From IMG/VR virus record IMGVR_UViG_3300036715_001160: a stretch of 64,000 nucleotides of DNA. The stretch is one strand, 5' to 3'. Position 1 is the stretch's first letter; each line of letters begins with the position of its first letter. The DNA is from an uncultured virus (IMG/VR IMGVR_UViG_3300036715_001160). Lineage: Duplodnaviria > Heunggongvirae > Uroviricota > Caudoviricetes. Below, piece after piece: positions 26,992 through 38,328 of this stretch. The translations under genes and the position numbers were made by a program. The notes beneath the pieces are model-generated. The model was not told the origin of the DNA. It worked only from the letters and a program-made list of their open reading frames with translations, and did not search any database.

Positions 26992-29900
26992 TTATTTAAG
27001 TTCTTCTACTATAAATCCTGCTTCTTTTAATAGTCTAATTTCTTCCTCATCTAGGTCATCTTCCCATGATTCAATTGAACCTCCATTTTTTTCTTCTTGA
27101 GTTGGATTTAAACCTTGATATATACTATTAAGATAATAAGGATCTGGATTTTTAGCATAGTCAAGTGGACTTTCATATGCTTCTTTTGCACCTCTTTTAA
27201 ACATTTCTGCTCTTGATGGTACATCAGATTCTGCAAATTGACCACTATTATATTTATTTGCAAGTTCAATTTCTTCTGGAGTTGCAAATGTTTCTGGTTT
27301 ATTTTTATCATAATTATATGCATTATAAGCACCATATCCTAAAGTACTACCAACTACACCTTTACCATATTTTTCTGCTACATTTTGTAAACCTGCACCA
27401 GTTGTAGACCATTGAAATTTATTATTCATTAATTTCTGTTTGTCAATTGGAACATATTTATTAGAAAAAGGTAATCTTCTATGTAATGCTACTCCTGGAT
27501 CCGATATTGGTAAGTCATATCTATTAACACCAGCTTTAGTTTGTATTGGAAATGTTGCATTTGATTTTCTACTAAATCTACCTTGTGGATTTGCTTCACC
27601 TAATCTTATATTTGAACCTTCAACTGCATCATCAAATTTTGCTGCATAAATATTACTTGCATCTGTTTTACCTACTTGAGTTGATAATTCTTTAGCTTTA
27701 CCAAATAATGGTTTTGATCCAGTTAATTTATTATTTTTAATAGATTTACCAAGTACATTACCTAATGGTCTAACTGTTCCTTCTAATTTTGAACCATATC
27801 CTTTTATTAAATTTAATGGACTATATCTATTAAATGCTTTAGAAAAGAATGGAGAAAAATATGCTTTATCAAGTATATTAGCTCCTACTTTATTACCAGT
27901 ACCAATAGTATTTTTAATAAGTTCAGGAGATATACCTGCATTTAAATTACCCGCATTACTTGATGCATTAATATATTGACTTTGTTCATCATGAGGAATA
28001 ACAAATTCTCTATCAGGTGCTCTACTTAAAGATTTATCATATTGACTATATTTTTCTAACTTAGATTTTGGGACTTTTAAATTTATTATTTCAGGATTTT
28101 TAAATTCTCTATCAGCTTTATAAAAATCAAAATCATTTTTATCTTTTGTAAACCATTGACCAAAATATTTTTCTTCTTCTGCTTTTTTAGCTAAGGTTGC
28201 TGGATTGTTAAATAAAGGATGTATTTTTTCTTCTTCAGCAAGTTGTGCAAATGTTTTTCCATTCTTTTCTTGTATTCTCCATAAATCAACTAAATCATCA
28301 GCATTTTCTGTAGAAGTATTTACTGATACTCTTTCAGGTATAAGTTTAGATATTTTACTTTCTGCTTTATTTAATACATTAGCACTTCCTTTAACAAGTC
28401 CACTAGCATTTTTTGCACCTTTTAAACCCATTAAACCAAAACCTAAGTCAGTCACACCTTTTATATAATTACCTTTATGTAATTCATTACCAGCATTACC
28501 TGCCCAGTATCCTGGATTAACTATGTTAGCAAGATCAGAGATTTCAAATTGGCCTTTAGTTTGTCCTGTAGCTTTTAAATATTTATCATACTCAGGACTT
28601 TCAGTATTCATTAAACCTCTTCCCATTCCAGGTATATATCCTTGATTACCTGTTAATGCATTACCTGCCATAAGAATTGGATGAGCAATAGCAGCTTGAG
28701 TTCTATCTAAAGCTTTTTCAGCAAAAGACATTTTATTATATTTATTCCATTGTTCTTTTTCAAATGCTGCCTGTTCTTTTTTTCTTGCTTCACGGTCTGC
28801 AGTTTCTTGTGGAGACTTATAAAACGCTGCATTATTAATATCACTTATAACTTGATTAGGTATTACTGTACGTGTATTATCACTTACAGGTCCTCTAGGA
28901 ATTGCATCATTTATTGCTTTTTGTTTTGCAATTGCTTTTTGTCTTATTTTTTCTGCTTCTGCAATTTTTGCAGCTTTTGCTTTATCAACTTCTTGTTGGT
29001 ATTTTTTTATAAGATCTTGTTTAGGTAGTAATGGTGATCCATTATTTTTAGGAGTTGATGGTCCTACTAAACCACGATTAGGTCCTGAGTATACTGTTTT
29101 ACCACCTTGAGCTTTAACTAGTTCATGTTGTACATAACCTCCTTGTTTTTTTTCCCATCCTCTCATCATAGGAGGATTAGCTTTTTTATAATGATTAGCA
29201 AAAAAATTAGCTTCTTCTTCTGTATTAAACTTTATAGCTTCTTTATCATTAGGATTGGCATATTCATTATACTGAAGATTTCCGTCTTCACCTTCTTGTA
29301 TAAAAGGTACAAAACTAGTATCCATACTTGAAGAAAAATGAGAACCTTTTTCACCAGCAGGTATTCCAGCAGGTTCTTGTCTTTGTTCATCATATTCATT
29401 ACCAGTAAATGTATAGGATTTTGCATTTGGATTCATCATTCTTCTTGCAGCAATATTACCTTTACCAGCATTTTGAACAATTGTATTCATCATTTTTGCT
29501 TTTTCTTCTGGCATTGGTTCATATCCATAATCATTTGGATTAGTTACTACAGGTTCTGCTCTTGGACCTGCAGTATTTTGTGGACCACCTTCTTGTTTTT
29601 TCCATGGATTTGGTAATCTAGGATTAATAATATTAAAATTTCTATCTCCTCTTCTAACTTTTTCTTCATAAGCTCTTGCTTCTCCTTCTAATGTAGATGG
29701 ATCTTGATACATTGCTTCATCTGTATATTTATTATATAATATATCAGGATTAATAAATGGAGATTCATTAGGATGTGCTTTTCTCCATTCATCAGCTTTT
29801 TGTTTTTCTTCTATATCTCTTCTGTTATGATAATGTTCACCTTCAAAATTCTGATTAGATGGTAATGTAGGTTTAGCATCTGGTCTTCCAGTTTCTATTC

Positions 29901-30618
29901 TATTTGTTCCTATTTGATTTTGATAATGATGAAAATTTTCATGTGCATCTTGTGCTCTATATTCATCATCAATAAATCTTTTAAGATCACCATTAAAATT
30001 TTCTGGTGGTGTTAATGTTTCTTCATTAATATTAACTGTTTGAGTTACAGGATTATAACTAGTTGCTTCATCATTACTAAAATTATAATATGGTTTAGAA
30101 TTTATTTCAGTACCTACTTGTGCTTCAGGTAATTCTTCTACTACATAACCTCCATCTCTATATGCTTGTATCTCTTCATCAGTAAGTTCTAAGTCTTCAT
30201 AATCAGCTTCTCCACCATTTTTAAACTCAGCATTAGGATCAAATATCTTACTCTTCATGTTTTTAAATAACTTATTCTTAGCAAATAGTTTATTAGTAGC
30301 AGACATACTCTTAGAGTACTTCTTACTTTGAAGAGTACCACCCTTCTTAGCCATAGGTGTTTCATCTACATAAGATGCATCAGGAAAGTTATAATCTTGA
30401 TTAGGTTGCATCATTGATCCAGGACCAACATTAGGTTGTGCCCATACAGGATAAGGTACTCCTTGCATAGTAATATCATTACTTGGGATTCTAGTTTTTT
30501 GACCTGGGTATTTCCACTGACCTGCTGGATCAGTTATTATATCTTTTGGTTTACCCGGTGCTTTTGCTTTACCTAATTCTGATACAGCTTTAGATAATAT
30601 TTTTTTATTGAATCCCAT
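26992..30618 (-). CDS. Multidomain cargo protein (1208 aa) with zincin-like HExxH module and ART-like module
   Basis: HENFH (29929-29943) with downstream EGEARAYE; LWRIQ...GQWFT...DREFVIP (27990-28290); modules separated by xxGG motifs. Confidence 0.7.
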   Translation of the reverse strand: MGFNKKILSKAVSELGKAKAPGKPKDIITDPAGQWKYPGQKTRIPSNDITMQGVPYPVWAQPNVGPGSMMQPNQDYNFPDASYVDETPMAKKGGTLQSKKYSKSMSATNKLFAKNKLFKNMKSKIFDPNAEFKNGGEADYEDLELTDEEIQAYRDGGYVVEELPEAQVGTEINSKPYYNFSNDEATSYNPVTQTVNINEETLTPPENFNGDLKRFIDDEYRAQDAHENFHHYQNQIGTNRIETGRPDAKPTLPSNQNFEGEHYHNRRDIEEKQKADEWRKAHPNESPFINPDILYNKYTDEAMYQDPSTLEGEARAYEEKVRRGDRNFNIINPRLPNPWKKQEGGPQNTAGPRAEPVVTNPNDYGYEPMPEEKAKMMNTIVQNAGKGNIAARRMMNPNAKSYTFTGNEYDEQRQEPAGIPAGEKGSHFSSSMDTSFVPFIQEGEDGNLQYNEYANPNDKEAIKFNTEEEANFFANHYKKANPPMMRGWEKKQGGYVQHELVKAQGGKTVYSGPNRGLVGPSTPKNNGSPLLPKQDLIKKYQQEVDKAKAAKIAEAEKIRQKAIAKQKAINDAIPRGPVSDNTRTVIPNQVISDINNAAFYKSPQETADREARKKEQAAFEKEQWNKYNKMSFAEKALDRTQAAIAHPILMAGNALTGNQGYIPGMGRGLMNTESPEYDKYLKATGQTKGQFEISDLANIVNPGYWAGNAGNELHKGNYIKGVTDLGFGLMGLKGAKNASGLVKGSANVLNKAESKISKLIPERVSVNTSTENADDLVDLWRIQEKNGKTFAQLAEEEKIHPLFNNPATLAKKAEEEKYFGQWFTKDKNDFDFYKADREFKNPEIINLKVPKSKLEKYSQYDKSLSRAPDREFVIPHDEQSQYINASSNAGNLNAGISPELIKNTIGTGNKVGANILDKAYFSPFFSKAFNRYSPLNLIKGYGSKLEGTVRPLGNVLGKSIKNNKLTGSKPLFGKAKELSTQVGKTDASNIYAAKFDDAVEGSNIRLGEANPQGRFSRKSNATFPIQTKAGVNRYDLPISDPGVALHRRLPFSNKYVPIDKQKLMNNKFQWSTTGAGLQNVAEKYGKGVVGSTLGYGAYNAYNYDKNKPETFATPEEIELANKYNSGQFAESDVPSRAEMFKRGAKEAYESPLDYAKNPDPYYLNSIYQGLNPTQEEKNGGSIESWEDDLDEEEIRLLKEAGFIVEELK

Positions 30619-33600
30619 TATCTTTGTGATATTTGATTTTTACTATTGCTTAACTTAATAATCATATTGACATTTCGTGAATCAGTTCTGCTCAAATATA
30701 AGAAATTTAAATAATTCCTGAATTTTTTTCTTTGTAGTTCTGTTTTATTATAATCTAGATTTGTTGAAGTTAATGTTTTTATATATCCATTAGCTTGTGT
30801 TGCCCATATAGTTTCTTGATCATAACTTCCTGCTAATACTGTAGTACCTGGAACTAATGGTCCTGTTGGAGGATAATTAGTTCCAATTGGGAACTCACCT
30901 CTATTTCTTGTTATATCCCAAAATTGATTAAATCTATATTTATTTTCTTCTTTAGAAAATAGTATATCTATAGATGTAGGATTAATAATTGGATATGTAT
31001 TAGCTAAAGTAATATTATTTTTAGGAAAAATATTAAGATTTAAGTATCCTGATACTTGTTCTGCATTATGTATTACTGCTACATCAAAATTATAATCTAA
31101 TACTTGGAATTGATCTACACAGTTATTAGAAGGATTTTTATAGCATTCAAGTATATACTCTATAGATTTTAGAGTGGTAACTGTTTGTCCCGTAATAAGG
31201 GGTATTTCAACTTCAAATGGTTGTGTTACTCCATAAAAATTACAATAACTATTACATACTGCATTATGTTTCCATAACTTACCTGCTTTAGTTGTCATAA
31301 AGTATTGTCTTGCAGGTAACACAAAGTCTGGATGCCAGTCATGAAAAGATATCCAATGTTCACTTTTAGGGTCATAACTTGTAGTCCATGAAGCATCATC
31401 AAATATAAGTGGATTACCTAATTCTAATCTTGCTCTACCATCTACTAAGAAATAATCACCATAAGAAAAGTATGTTACTCTACCTATATATTCAGGTTTT
31501 AGTTTATAATCTTTTTTACAAAAATATATAACACTATTATAGTTATCATATACTGCTTGAGTACCAATACCTGCTACAGGATTATCTGTATGTGGATATT
31601 CTGGAAAATCTTCAGTAAGTTTATATGGTAAAAATAAACTAAACCACCATTTCATACCTGCTTGAGATATTTCTTTTAAACCTTCAGAATATGAAAATAT
31701 TCTTCCTTGATTTTGAGATATATAATACATTCCTGCTGGAGTTGCAATAACACCAAATTTATTTTGAGAAGAACCATATTCATATTGTACATCTGATATA
31801 GTAACATTCTGAGGTTGGTTAGCAAATAAACCACCATCACCTATAGTAAGTTTAGTACCTAAATCTGTTTGAAGAGTATCTACACCTTGATACATTAATG
31901 GACTAGCATTATAAAATGTTATAAACATACCAGTCTTAGCATAAGGTTTTATACTAGTAATTCTATTTTTAAAATCTTTATAGTTATTTACTAAATATAC
32001 AAACCAAGAATCTTTTGCAGATCCATTTTGTTGCGGTAGTGAGTATACTACTCTATCAGGATAATAAGTATAACATAACTGAGATACATTAGGGTTATAA
32101 TATCTTGATTGAAGATTACCTTGTGAAAAATATTGTGTAAATATTTTAGATACACTTAATGAATAATCATATGCATAATAGTTACCCTGTGTTATTGTAT
32201 TAGGATCTATATTAAACATTTCTGGTAAATTAGTATATGTATTTACATCATAATTTTTTTGCCAAGTTTCTAAACCTGGTTGTCTAAAATCTACTATTAC
32301 ATCTGACTCAACAAAGAAATCTCTTACTGAAGAATTAGCTAAATAAAAATATGAATCTTTAGCACCAAATATTCCAGGATATGTATCCGGAAAACCACCT
32401 AATGTATCATCACTATATTTATAATATCTATTTGGATTTACATCAGTTGGTGCATAGTAATCTAAAGTATAAAAACTTGTTGGTAAAATTCCTGTTCCAG
32501 GAGGTGGACTAATTAAATCTGCAATTGAACTTGGTGTAAAATCACCTACATCATATTCTTTACTGTTAGCCCAAAATCTTGGTTCAGCAATCATGTGCTT
32601 TAAAATATAATTATATTCATAACCATCAGGTTGTCCATATAACCAGTCATAAAAAAAGAACATGTTGTTTTTTTCAGTGTATCTATTTACATATACATCT
32701 CCTCCAAATAATACAGGAGTTTGAGTTATTTCTTCTAAAGTAACTAACTTAGCTGCAGTACCATAAGGAGTACTAATAGTACACCAAAAACTACTAAAGA
32801 CTACTGGTATATTTTGACTATTATAATTTAGTTTTTGTTCTGAAGGTGTAATAGGTATTTCTTTAAGTGAATCAAGTTGACCATATTGATTTCTTAATCT
32901 AACTTTTATTCCTACATAATGACTTGCAATATTAAGATTAAATTCATTAGTTTTACGTGATGTCATATCAACTGGTAAACCAATACCTGCTTGTATAGCT
33001 GTACCTAAAGTTACAAGTGATGTATCAGCCAATCCTGTAGGAGAAGAAGGATCTGTAATAAAATCAGGTCCAAAATTTTGATTTAAATTATTAGTAGTTC
33101 TTAAAGTAACAGTTGTCTGTCTTTGAAGATTATTAATTATATAACTAATTCCACTAAAAGGTTTAAGACCTTGAATATTATTTTTTAAATATAAACTATC
33201 TTCAATATTATATCTTTGTCTATTACCTGCAACTGGTGCAGCAAAACTACTATAAAAACCTTCTGCAATAGATTGTAATGCATATTGTCTATATGGTAAT
33301 AAAGCATATATTAATCTAATTGTTGTATTTGCTCCTTCTGAAAAATAAAAAAATGATTGTTGAACAAAATTAGCAATACCAAAAGGACCTGCATATTTAT
33401 ATTTAGGTATATCTTTTGTATAACTTTTACCATTAATACTGATTGCTCCAGCAGTAGCTGCAACTCCAGCAGCAAGTTGATATGGAATATTAAAAAATTG
33501 ATAAAGTGGATCACCAAATGGATTAAGTGCATCAGTTAAATATCCACCTGATATTAAATAAGCTGCAACTAAAGCATCATTAGCCTTTTTTAATGGTTGA

Positions 33601-35924
33601 AAAACACCTCCAGCTGTACGTGATACAGCTCCAACAACATCTCCAGCACCAGTACCTGGATTACTTGTAGATTCATTAATTGTCCATTTACCTCCTTGTT
33701 GTAATGCAAGTTCAATAACACCGGCTAATATTCCTGCAGCTAAAGCTATATTAGCTAATAGTTTAAATTTTGGATGATTATTTGGTTCTTGAAAATACTG
33801 TATTGAAGTACCTCTTAAACTACCATATACTTTTAATTCAGTAACAGATAAATATGGGTTTCTAAAATTAGTATCTGGTGAATGAAAAGTCATTAAATTA
33901 GTTGGTACATTTTGATCTATAACTTGATTAAAAGTTTTATCTTTTTCTAGTTTAATATATGGATCATTATAACCTGCAACATGTCCACCTAATAAACTTG
34001 AAAGTGGTCTAATGGTATTAAAAGGATAATTAGGATATAAACCAATTCTGTTTCCAGCACTGTTACCTTTAATGTCATAAGTACGCATGTTATTTACCAT
34101 ACCTTTAGCAATAATACTTCTATTACCTTCTCTAGATCCTCTTAGTATTTCATAACCTACTATTCCTGGTATATCATTACCATCATTATCTTTTGGTAAA
34201 AATATATTAGTAAAGTTTACACCCATTAATCTAATACCAGTACCACCTTGAGAATAATGATTAGTTAAAAGTGAACCTTGAGTAATGTTATCAGGAAACT
34301 TATGATGTCTTATTGGTTCAGCACATAAATCATATTGTGGATCAGTTGTACCTGACCAACACTGAGATGATGCATCCCATATATCATGTCTATTATCTGG
34401 ATACTTTTCTGTTGATTCCCAGTATCCCATTCTACCTGTGGCTTTAATTATACCTCCATCAGGTAATGTTACTACAGGAGGTAAACCACCTAGAGTTGCA
34501 GTATTATAAACTTCAAATACTCTATCATTTGTATCTAAAACATCTATACCTGTTGCAGGAGCTGTTTCTAATGTTGAACCATACTGTATTGGAGCACGTC
34601 CAGGAATATGATATGATGAAGATTTATCTCCAGTACTATATACCCATCTAATAAAAAAAGCATATACTTCATCTCTTAAGTAACTTGTATTACTACCACC
34701 ATTTACATAATAATTTGCTGGATATTCAACTGATACCCATTGTGATTGTATTTGATTTGCTAAAGGTTGATAGTTAAAATCAAATTTAGATCTTGGTGCA
34801 ATTTTTAATAAGTATGTATTAACCTCAGTAATTTGATCTGATGTTTCATATACAGGAGATCTTAAAGGAAGAAATTCAATTGGTATAGTAATTAGATCAT
34901 CTTTAATTTGATCTAAATGTACTACAGATGTACTTGTAGAATATAAACCTATTCTTTTTGCTACGGCTCCTTGGTTAATTATTTGTATTACTACTAATTC
35001 AAATTCATCAAAATGAGTTGAGTCAGCTGTAATTAATATATCAATACATCCTTGTACGTCATTAACATTCCAAATTGGTTGAGTATTACTTGGTGAAAAA
35101 TAATCTGTAACTCTTTGACCTTTAATAGTATATGCAAGAGTTGCAAAGTATGATCCATTTCTTAACACACCTCCACCAATACCTGGTATAACTTGAATGG
35201 TAGGAGTATTCATTAATCTTGAAAGTCTTAAGTCTTCACAATTTAATGTTGTTAAATCTTTACATATAATACATCCTACAGGAATATAACCACCTGGAGC
35301 TGGTACTACTATACCATTTTCATCTTTACATTCTTGATCCCATTGAACTCCTGGCCATTGAATATTTATACCTGATCCATTTGCATATGTATTATTACCA
35401 ATCCATATATAATCAGGAGTTGGCCATAAAGCATCATCTCCAACATTTAAATATCTATCAGGATTTCTACCATCAGCAAAATATACAGACCATGAGCAGT
35501 CTTCTTTTTCTCTTGATGCACCAGTAATTAAAAATTGTTTATCAAAGTTTAAACATGTATCCTGTACAATAATTCTATATCTACAAGTATCTTCTTCAAA
35601 TAATCCTATTTCATGTCCAGTAGCTGCACCTACTCCTGATGCTGGATGTGCTACAGTAAAAATAATCCATTTATCAGTATATAAATGTATTGTTCCTATG
35701 ATATATTTTTTACCAGAAAGTGTTGCTCCTGCTTCTGCACAAAATACATTTGATACTTCATTTGATAATGTACCAAGATTACCTTCTAATGTATTGTTAA
35801 CTGCATTACGTGCATGAGACCACATACCCTCACCTATAAATGTAGGATCTGCATCTTTATTTAATCCTTTTACAAAAGTATTAGTTTTATTTTGACCTGT
35901 ATCTTGTATATTTTTTTTTGCCAT
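30618..35924 (-). CDS. Tail stabilization / muzzle protein (1768 aa)
   Basis: N-terminal TNTFVKGLNKD...ARNA..N..EG..GTLSNE, beta-rich body, W.SFHDW.P near the C-terminus; position after ring genes and before cargo genes as in crAss-like phages. Confidence 0.75.
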   Translation of the reverse strand: MAKKNIQDTGQNKTNTFVKGLNKDADPTFIGEGMWSHARNAVNNTLEGNLGTLSNEVSNVFCAEAGATLSGKKYIIGTIHLYTDKWIIFTVAHPASGVGAATGHEIGLFEEDTCRYRIIVQDTCLNFDKQFLITGASREKEDCSWSVYFADGRNPDRYLNVGDDALWPTPDYIWIGNNTYANGSGINIQWPGVQWDQECKDENGIVVPAPGGYIPVGCIICKDLTTLNCEDLRLSRLMNTPTIQVIPGIGGGVLRNGSYFATLAYTIKGQRVTDYFSPSNTQPIWNVNDVQGCIDILITADSTHFDEFELVVIQIINQGAVAKRIGLYSTSTSVVHLDQIKDDLITIPIEFLPLRSPVYETSDQITEVNTYLLKIAPRSKFDFNYQPLANQIQSQWVSVEYPANYYVNGGSNTSYLRDEVYAFFIRWVYSTGDKSSSYHIPGRAPIQYGSTLETAPATGIDVLDTNDRVFEVYNTATLGGLPPVVTLPDGGIIKATGRMGYWESTEKYPDNRHDIWDASSQCWSGTTDPQYDLCAEPIRHHKFPDNITQGSLLTNHYSQGGTGIRLMGVNFTNIFLPKDNDGNDIPGIVGYEILRGSREGNRSIIAKGMVNNMRTYDIKGNSAGNRIGLYPNYPFNTIRPLSSLLGGHVAGYNDPYIKLEKDKTFNQVIDQNVPTNLMTFHSPDTNFRNPYLSVTELKVYGSLRGTSIQYFQEPNNHPKFKLLANIALAAGILAGVIELALQQGGKWTINESTSNPGTGAGDVVGAVSRTAGGVFQPLKKANDALVAAYLISGGYLTDALNPFGDPLYQFFNIPYQLAAGVAATAGAISINGKSYTKDIPKYKYAGPFGIANFVQQSFFYFSEGANTTIRLIYALLPYRQYALQSIAEGFYSSFAAPVAGNRQRYNIEDSLYLKNNIQGLKPFSGISYIINNLQRQTTVTLRTTNNLNQNFGPDFITDPSSPTGLADTSLVTLGTAIQAGIGLPVDMTSRKTNEFNLNIASHYVGIKVRLRNQYGQLDSLKEIPITPSEQKLNYNSQNIPVVFSSFWCTISTPYGTAAKLVTLEEITQTPVLFGGDVYVNRYTEKNNMFFFYDWLYGQPDGYEYNYILKHMIAEPRFWANSKEYDVGDFTPSSIADLISPPPGTGILPTSFYTLDYYAPTDVNPNRYYKYSDDTLGGFPDTYPGIFGAKDSYFYLANSSVRDFFVESDVIVDFRQPGLETWQKNYDVNTYTNLPEMFNIDPNTITQGNYYAYDYSLSVSKIFTQYFSQGNLQSRYYNPNVSQLCYTYYPDRVVYSLPQQNGSAKDSWFVYLVNNYKDFKNRITSIKPYAKTGMFITFYNASPLMYQGVDTLQTDLGTKLTIGDGGLFANQPQNVTISDVQYEYGSSQNKFGVIATPAGMYYISQNQGRIFSYSEGLKEISQAGMKWWFSLFLPYKLTEDFPEYPHTDNPVAGIGTQAVYDNYNSVIYFCKKDYKLKPEYIGRVTYFSYGDYFLVDGRARLELGNPLIFDDASWTTSYDPKSEHWISFHDWHPDFVLPARQYFMTTKAGKLWKHNAVCNSYCNFYGVTQPFEVEIPLITGQTVTTLKSIEYILECYKNPSNNCVDQFQVLDYNFDVAVIHNAEQVSGYLNLNIFPKNNITLANTYPIINPTSIDILFSKEENKYRFNQFWDITRNRGEFPIGTNYPPTGPLVPGTTVLAGSYDQETIWATQANGYIKTLTSTNLDYNKTELQRKKFRNYLNFLYLSRTDSRNVNMIIKLSNSKNQISQR

Positions 35925-35936
35925 AACATAATAATA

Positions 35937-36953
35937 TTATAATATCCGCATACTGTTATAGTTAAAACTTTTAAACATGTCATAGTATCTAGAATACTGT
36001 GCTCTTCTGTTAGCCATCCATAACCCTTTCATCTCTGCAAAGTTAGGTGTGTTAACAATTGTTAAAGCATAATTTCTTGCAGCTTTTAATCTTTGTTCTA
36101 TGAGTTGTAATTTCTGTATTACATCTTCACCATTAAAATATAAGTTTTCAAATATTCTTTGCTTTAAAGCATATTCATAATATTCATTGATCTCATCATG
36201 ATCTGGAACTAATAAGTTACCATTATCATCTTCTAGTGCTCCTTGATAATTAATATATACTTTACCACAATCAAAAGTAGTATGTAAAAAACCATCTTTA
36301 ATCCATGCTTCATTAGCTGCATTAAGATAAAGATTAGGACAATCACATTCTATTTCTCTTGAAGATCTGAACCTTAAAGGAATAAGTGATTCATATATTC
36401 TTGTTTCTCCAGTAGGTATTACTTGGATTAATTCAAATGCTTCACCTTTACAATTAGAAAATACTCTTGGTCTTACACAAGTATTACCAAATGGATTATT
36501 AGGATCATATTGTGGAATTAATATAGGAGTATTATTAAATGTACTATTTGCACAAGCAATAGTATGATTACATGGATTAGCATTACAAGTACTACAATTA
36601 ACTGTAGGAGGTGCACATAAATCTACTGTACTTGGTACTTCAGTATAAGGTACTTCCATAGTAGTAGTACCTCCAGATTGATATCCTACTTCTTGTCTAA
36701 ATGATCCACATATTGACCCAAAATTCATAGTGTAGAAATCATCAGGTAATTTTACCTTATGATGTTCTACTTCTAATATGGCTTCTTTAGTCATATTAAT
36801 TCTGAGACCTAAATCATATGTTACTCTTTTTGCAACTTTAATAAGTTGTTGAGGCTCTATCATATTTTCAAGAGCATATGTATTTAAGTCAATAGTAACA
36901 TCTTCCAGTAACTGGTCAAATGTTCTAAACTTGAGAGTATAATTAAAGTCCAT
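35937..36953 (-). CDS. Tail tubular/ring protein with Cys-rich insertion
   Basis: HKVKLPDDF...GFLHTTFDCGKVYINYQG..EDDNGNLLVPD pattern of P22 gp4-like ring proteins; directly upstream of the muzzle gene. Confidence 0.65.
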   Translation of the reverse strand: MDFNYTLKFRTFDQLLEDVTIDLNTYALENMIEPQQLIKVAKRVTYDLGLRINMTKEAILEVEHHKVKLPDDFYTMNFGSICGSFRQEVGYQSGGTTTMEVPYTEVPSTVDLCAPPTVNCSTCNANPCNHTIACANSTFNNTPILIPQYDPNNPFGNTCVRPRVFSNCKGEAFELIQVIPTGETRIYESLIPLRFRSSREIECDCPNLYLNAANEAWIKDGFLHTTFDCGKVYINYQGALEDDNGNLLVPDHDEINEYYEYALKQRIFENLYFNGEDVIQKLQLIEQRLKAARNYALTIVNTPNFAEMKGLWMANRRAQYSRYYDMFKSFNYNSMRIL

Positions 36954-37624
36954 TATCTTAATGAGTTTTGACTATCATCAGGACCATTTGCAGGTACATT
37001 AATAGACATAGTTAATTCTTTTAATACATATTGTTCAATCTCACCAAATAAGTAATCTGGGAACATTAATTGATCATCATTTCTAAATCTACATTCTTGA
37101 GATGTATCACATGTAAATCCTGTAATAGTATCTTCAAACATACCTTCTACTTTAATTGCTTCCCATGGAACATTAGGCATATATAAATAACCATCTAAAT
37201 ACCAGAAATATTTTCTAGTATTATATCTGAAACTATTTACTTTAGTCATAGAAGAATATGTACCTGGATCAGTTCTAAATAATTCTACTGATGTATCTAA
37301 TGAAGATACAGTACGTATAAGTGGCCCATTAAGTCCATCAAAAAATTTAGGTAGTCTTTCTTTAGTTCTTTTAATATAACAACCAGAGGTAATACCAAAG
37401 CATCCTGCCTCTACTTTATCTACATCTATTAATTCAACAAATGTTAAAGTAGAAAATATTGAACTTATCTTCATTAACCTATTCTGATTATCTTCTCTCT
37501 TTAAAAGAGATTTTCCATATTTTGAAATTGCAAAATATATTGTTCTATCAGTTAAGAATGGATCTTCCTTTACAGCTTTAAGTGCATTCCTAACTCTTGA
37601 TATTGCTTCACCAATTGTTGTCAT
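36953..37624 (-). CDS. Tail tubular/ring protein
   Basis: 223 aa; YFWYLDGYLY, FPDYL...IEQYV, C-terminal PDDSQN; synteny. Confidence 0.6.
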   Translation of the reverse strand: MTTIGEAISRVRNALKAVKEDPFLTDRTIYFAISKYGKSLLKREDNQNRLMKISSIFSTLTFVELIDVDKVEAGCFGITSGCYIKRTKERLPKFFDGLNGPLIRTVSSLDTSVELFRTDPGTYSSMTKVNSFRYNTRKYFWYLDGYLYMPNVPWEAIKVEGMFEDTITGFTCDTSQECRFRNDDQLMFPDYLFGEIEQYVLKELTMSINVPANGPDDSQNSLR

Positions 37625-38211
37625 ATATCAAATTCATTATATGTTTTTAACTTTTCTTTTTCAACACTTTTAACGTAATCTTTTTGCCTAGACTTAGTAA
37701 ACATCTTACGTATTTTTTTCATTGGATCAACCTGTATATACATAGGCCAATTTTCTGAATATGTTTTAGCTACACTTCTTTTAAAATTTCTACATCCTGC
37801 AAAGGCCCAGCATTCTCTATTACTAAAAGTATACTTAGTAGCATTATTAGTATAAAAGATTTTAGCAAGCTTGCCATCTGTATCCCAATTTGTATTTGTT
37901 ACTATTACTCCATATTTTGTTGACTTGCCAAAATCAATATTTCTTCTAAACTTACTTGTTTGACATGTACCAATAAATATGTTACCTAAATTTTCTGGTA
38001 ATTTTATACCATCTCTAGTTTCAATTACTGTTTCAAAAAATAAGTTATGAAATGTTGTACATATTTTATATAGTTCCTTAGTGTCTACATCCTTATACTT
38101 AGGATACTTTTCTTTAAATGCTTTATAGAATTGTCTATTTAATACATGATATACATCTTGTCTAAATCTTTTACCTTTTACATCTGGTCCCTTAAATATT
38201 TTACTTTCCAT
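37621..38211 (-). CDS. IHF/HU-like DNA-binding protein
   Basis: Basic; DGIKLPENLGNIFI and WAFAGCRNFKR resemble IHF-like beta-arm; crAss-like phages carry IHF homologs next to ring genes. Confidence 0.5.
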   Translation of the reverse strand: MESKIFKGPDVKGKRFRQDVYHVLNRQFYKAFKEKYPKYKDVDTKELYKICTTFHNLFFETVIETRDGIKLPENLGNIFIGTCQTSKFRRNIDFGKSTKYGVIVTNTNWDTDGKLAKIFYTNNATKYTFSNRECWAFAGCRNFKRSVAKTYSENWPMYIQVDPMKKIRKMFTKSRQKDYVKSVEKEKLKTYNEFDI

Positions 38212-38292
38212 ACCTTATATATTAATATACTAAATTTTTCAGACTTATAAAAATTACAAGTTAAACAAATATAATATATATAACTCATATAT

Positions 38293-38328
38293 AAAAAATA
38301 ACCCCGGTAATAAAATACATACCGGGGT
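38293..38328 (-). terminator. Rho-independent terminator
   Basis: Stem accccggta (38301-38309) / taccggggt (38320-38328) followed on minus strand by TATTTTTTAT. Confidence 0.85.
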
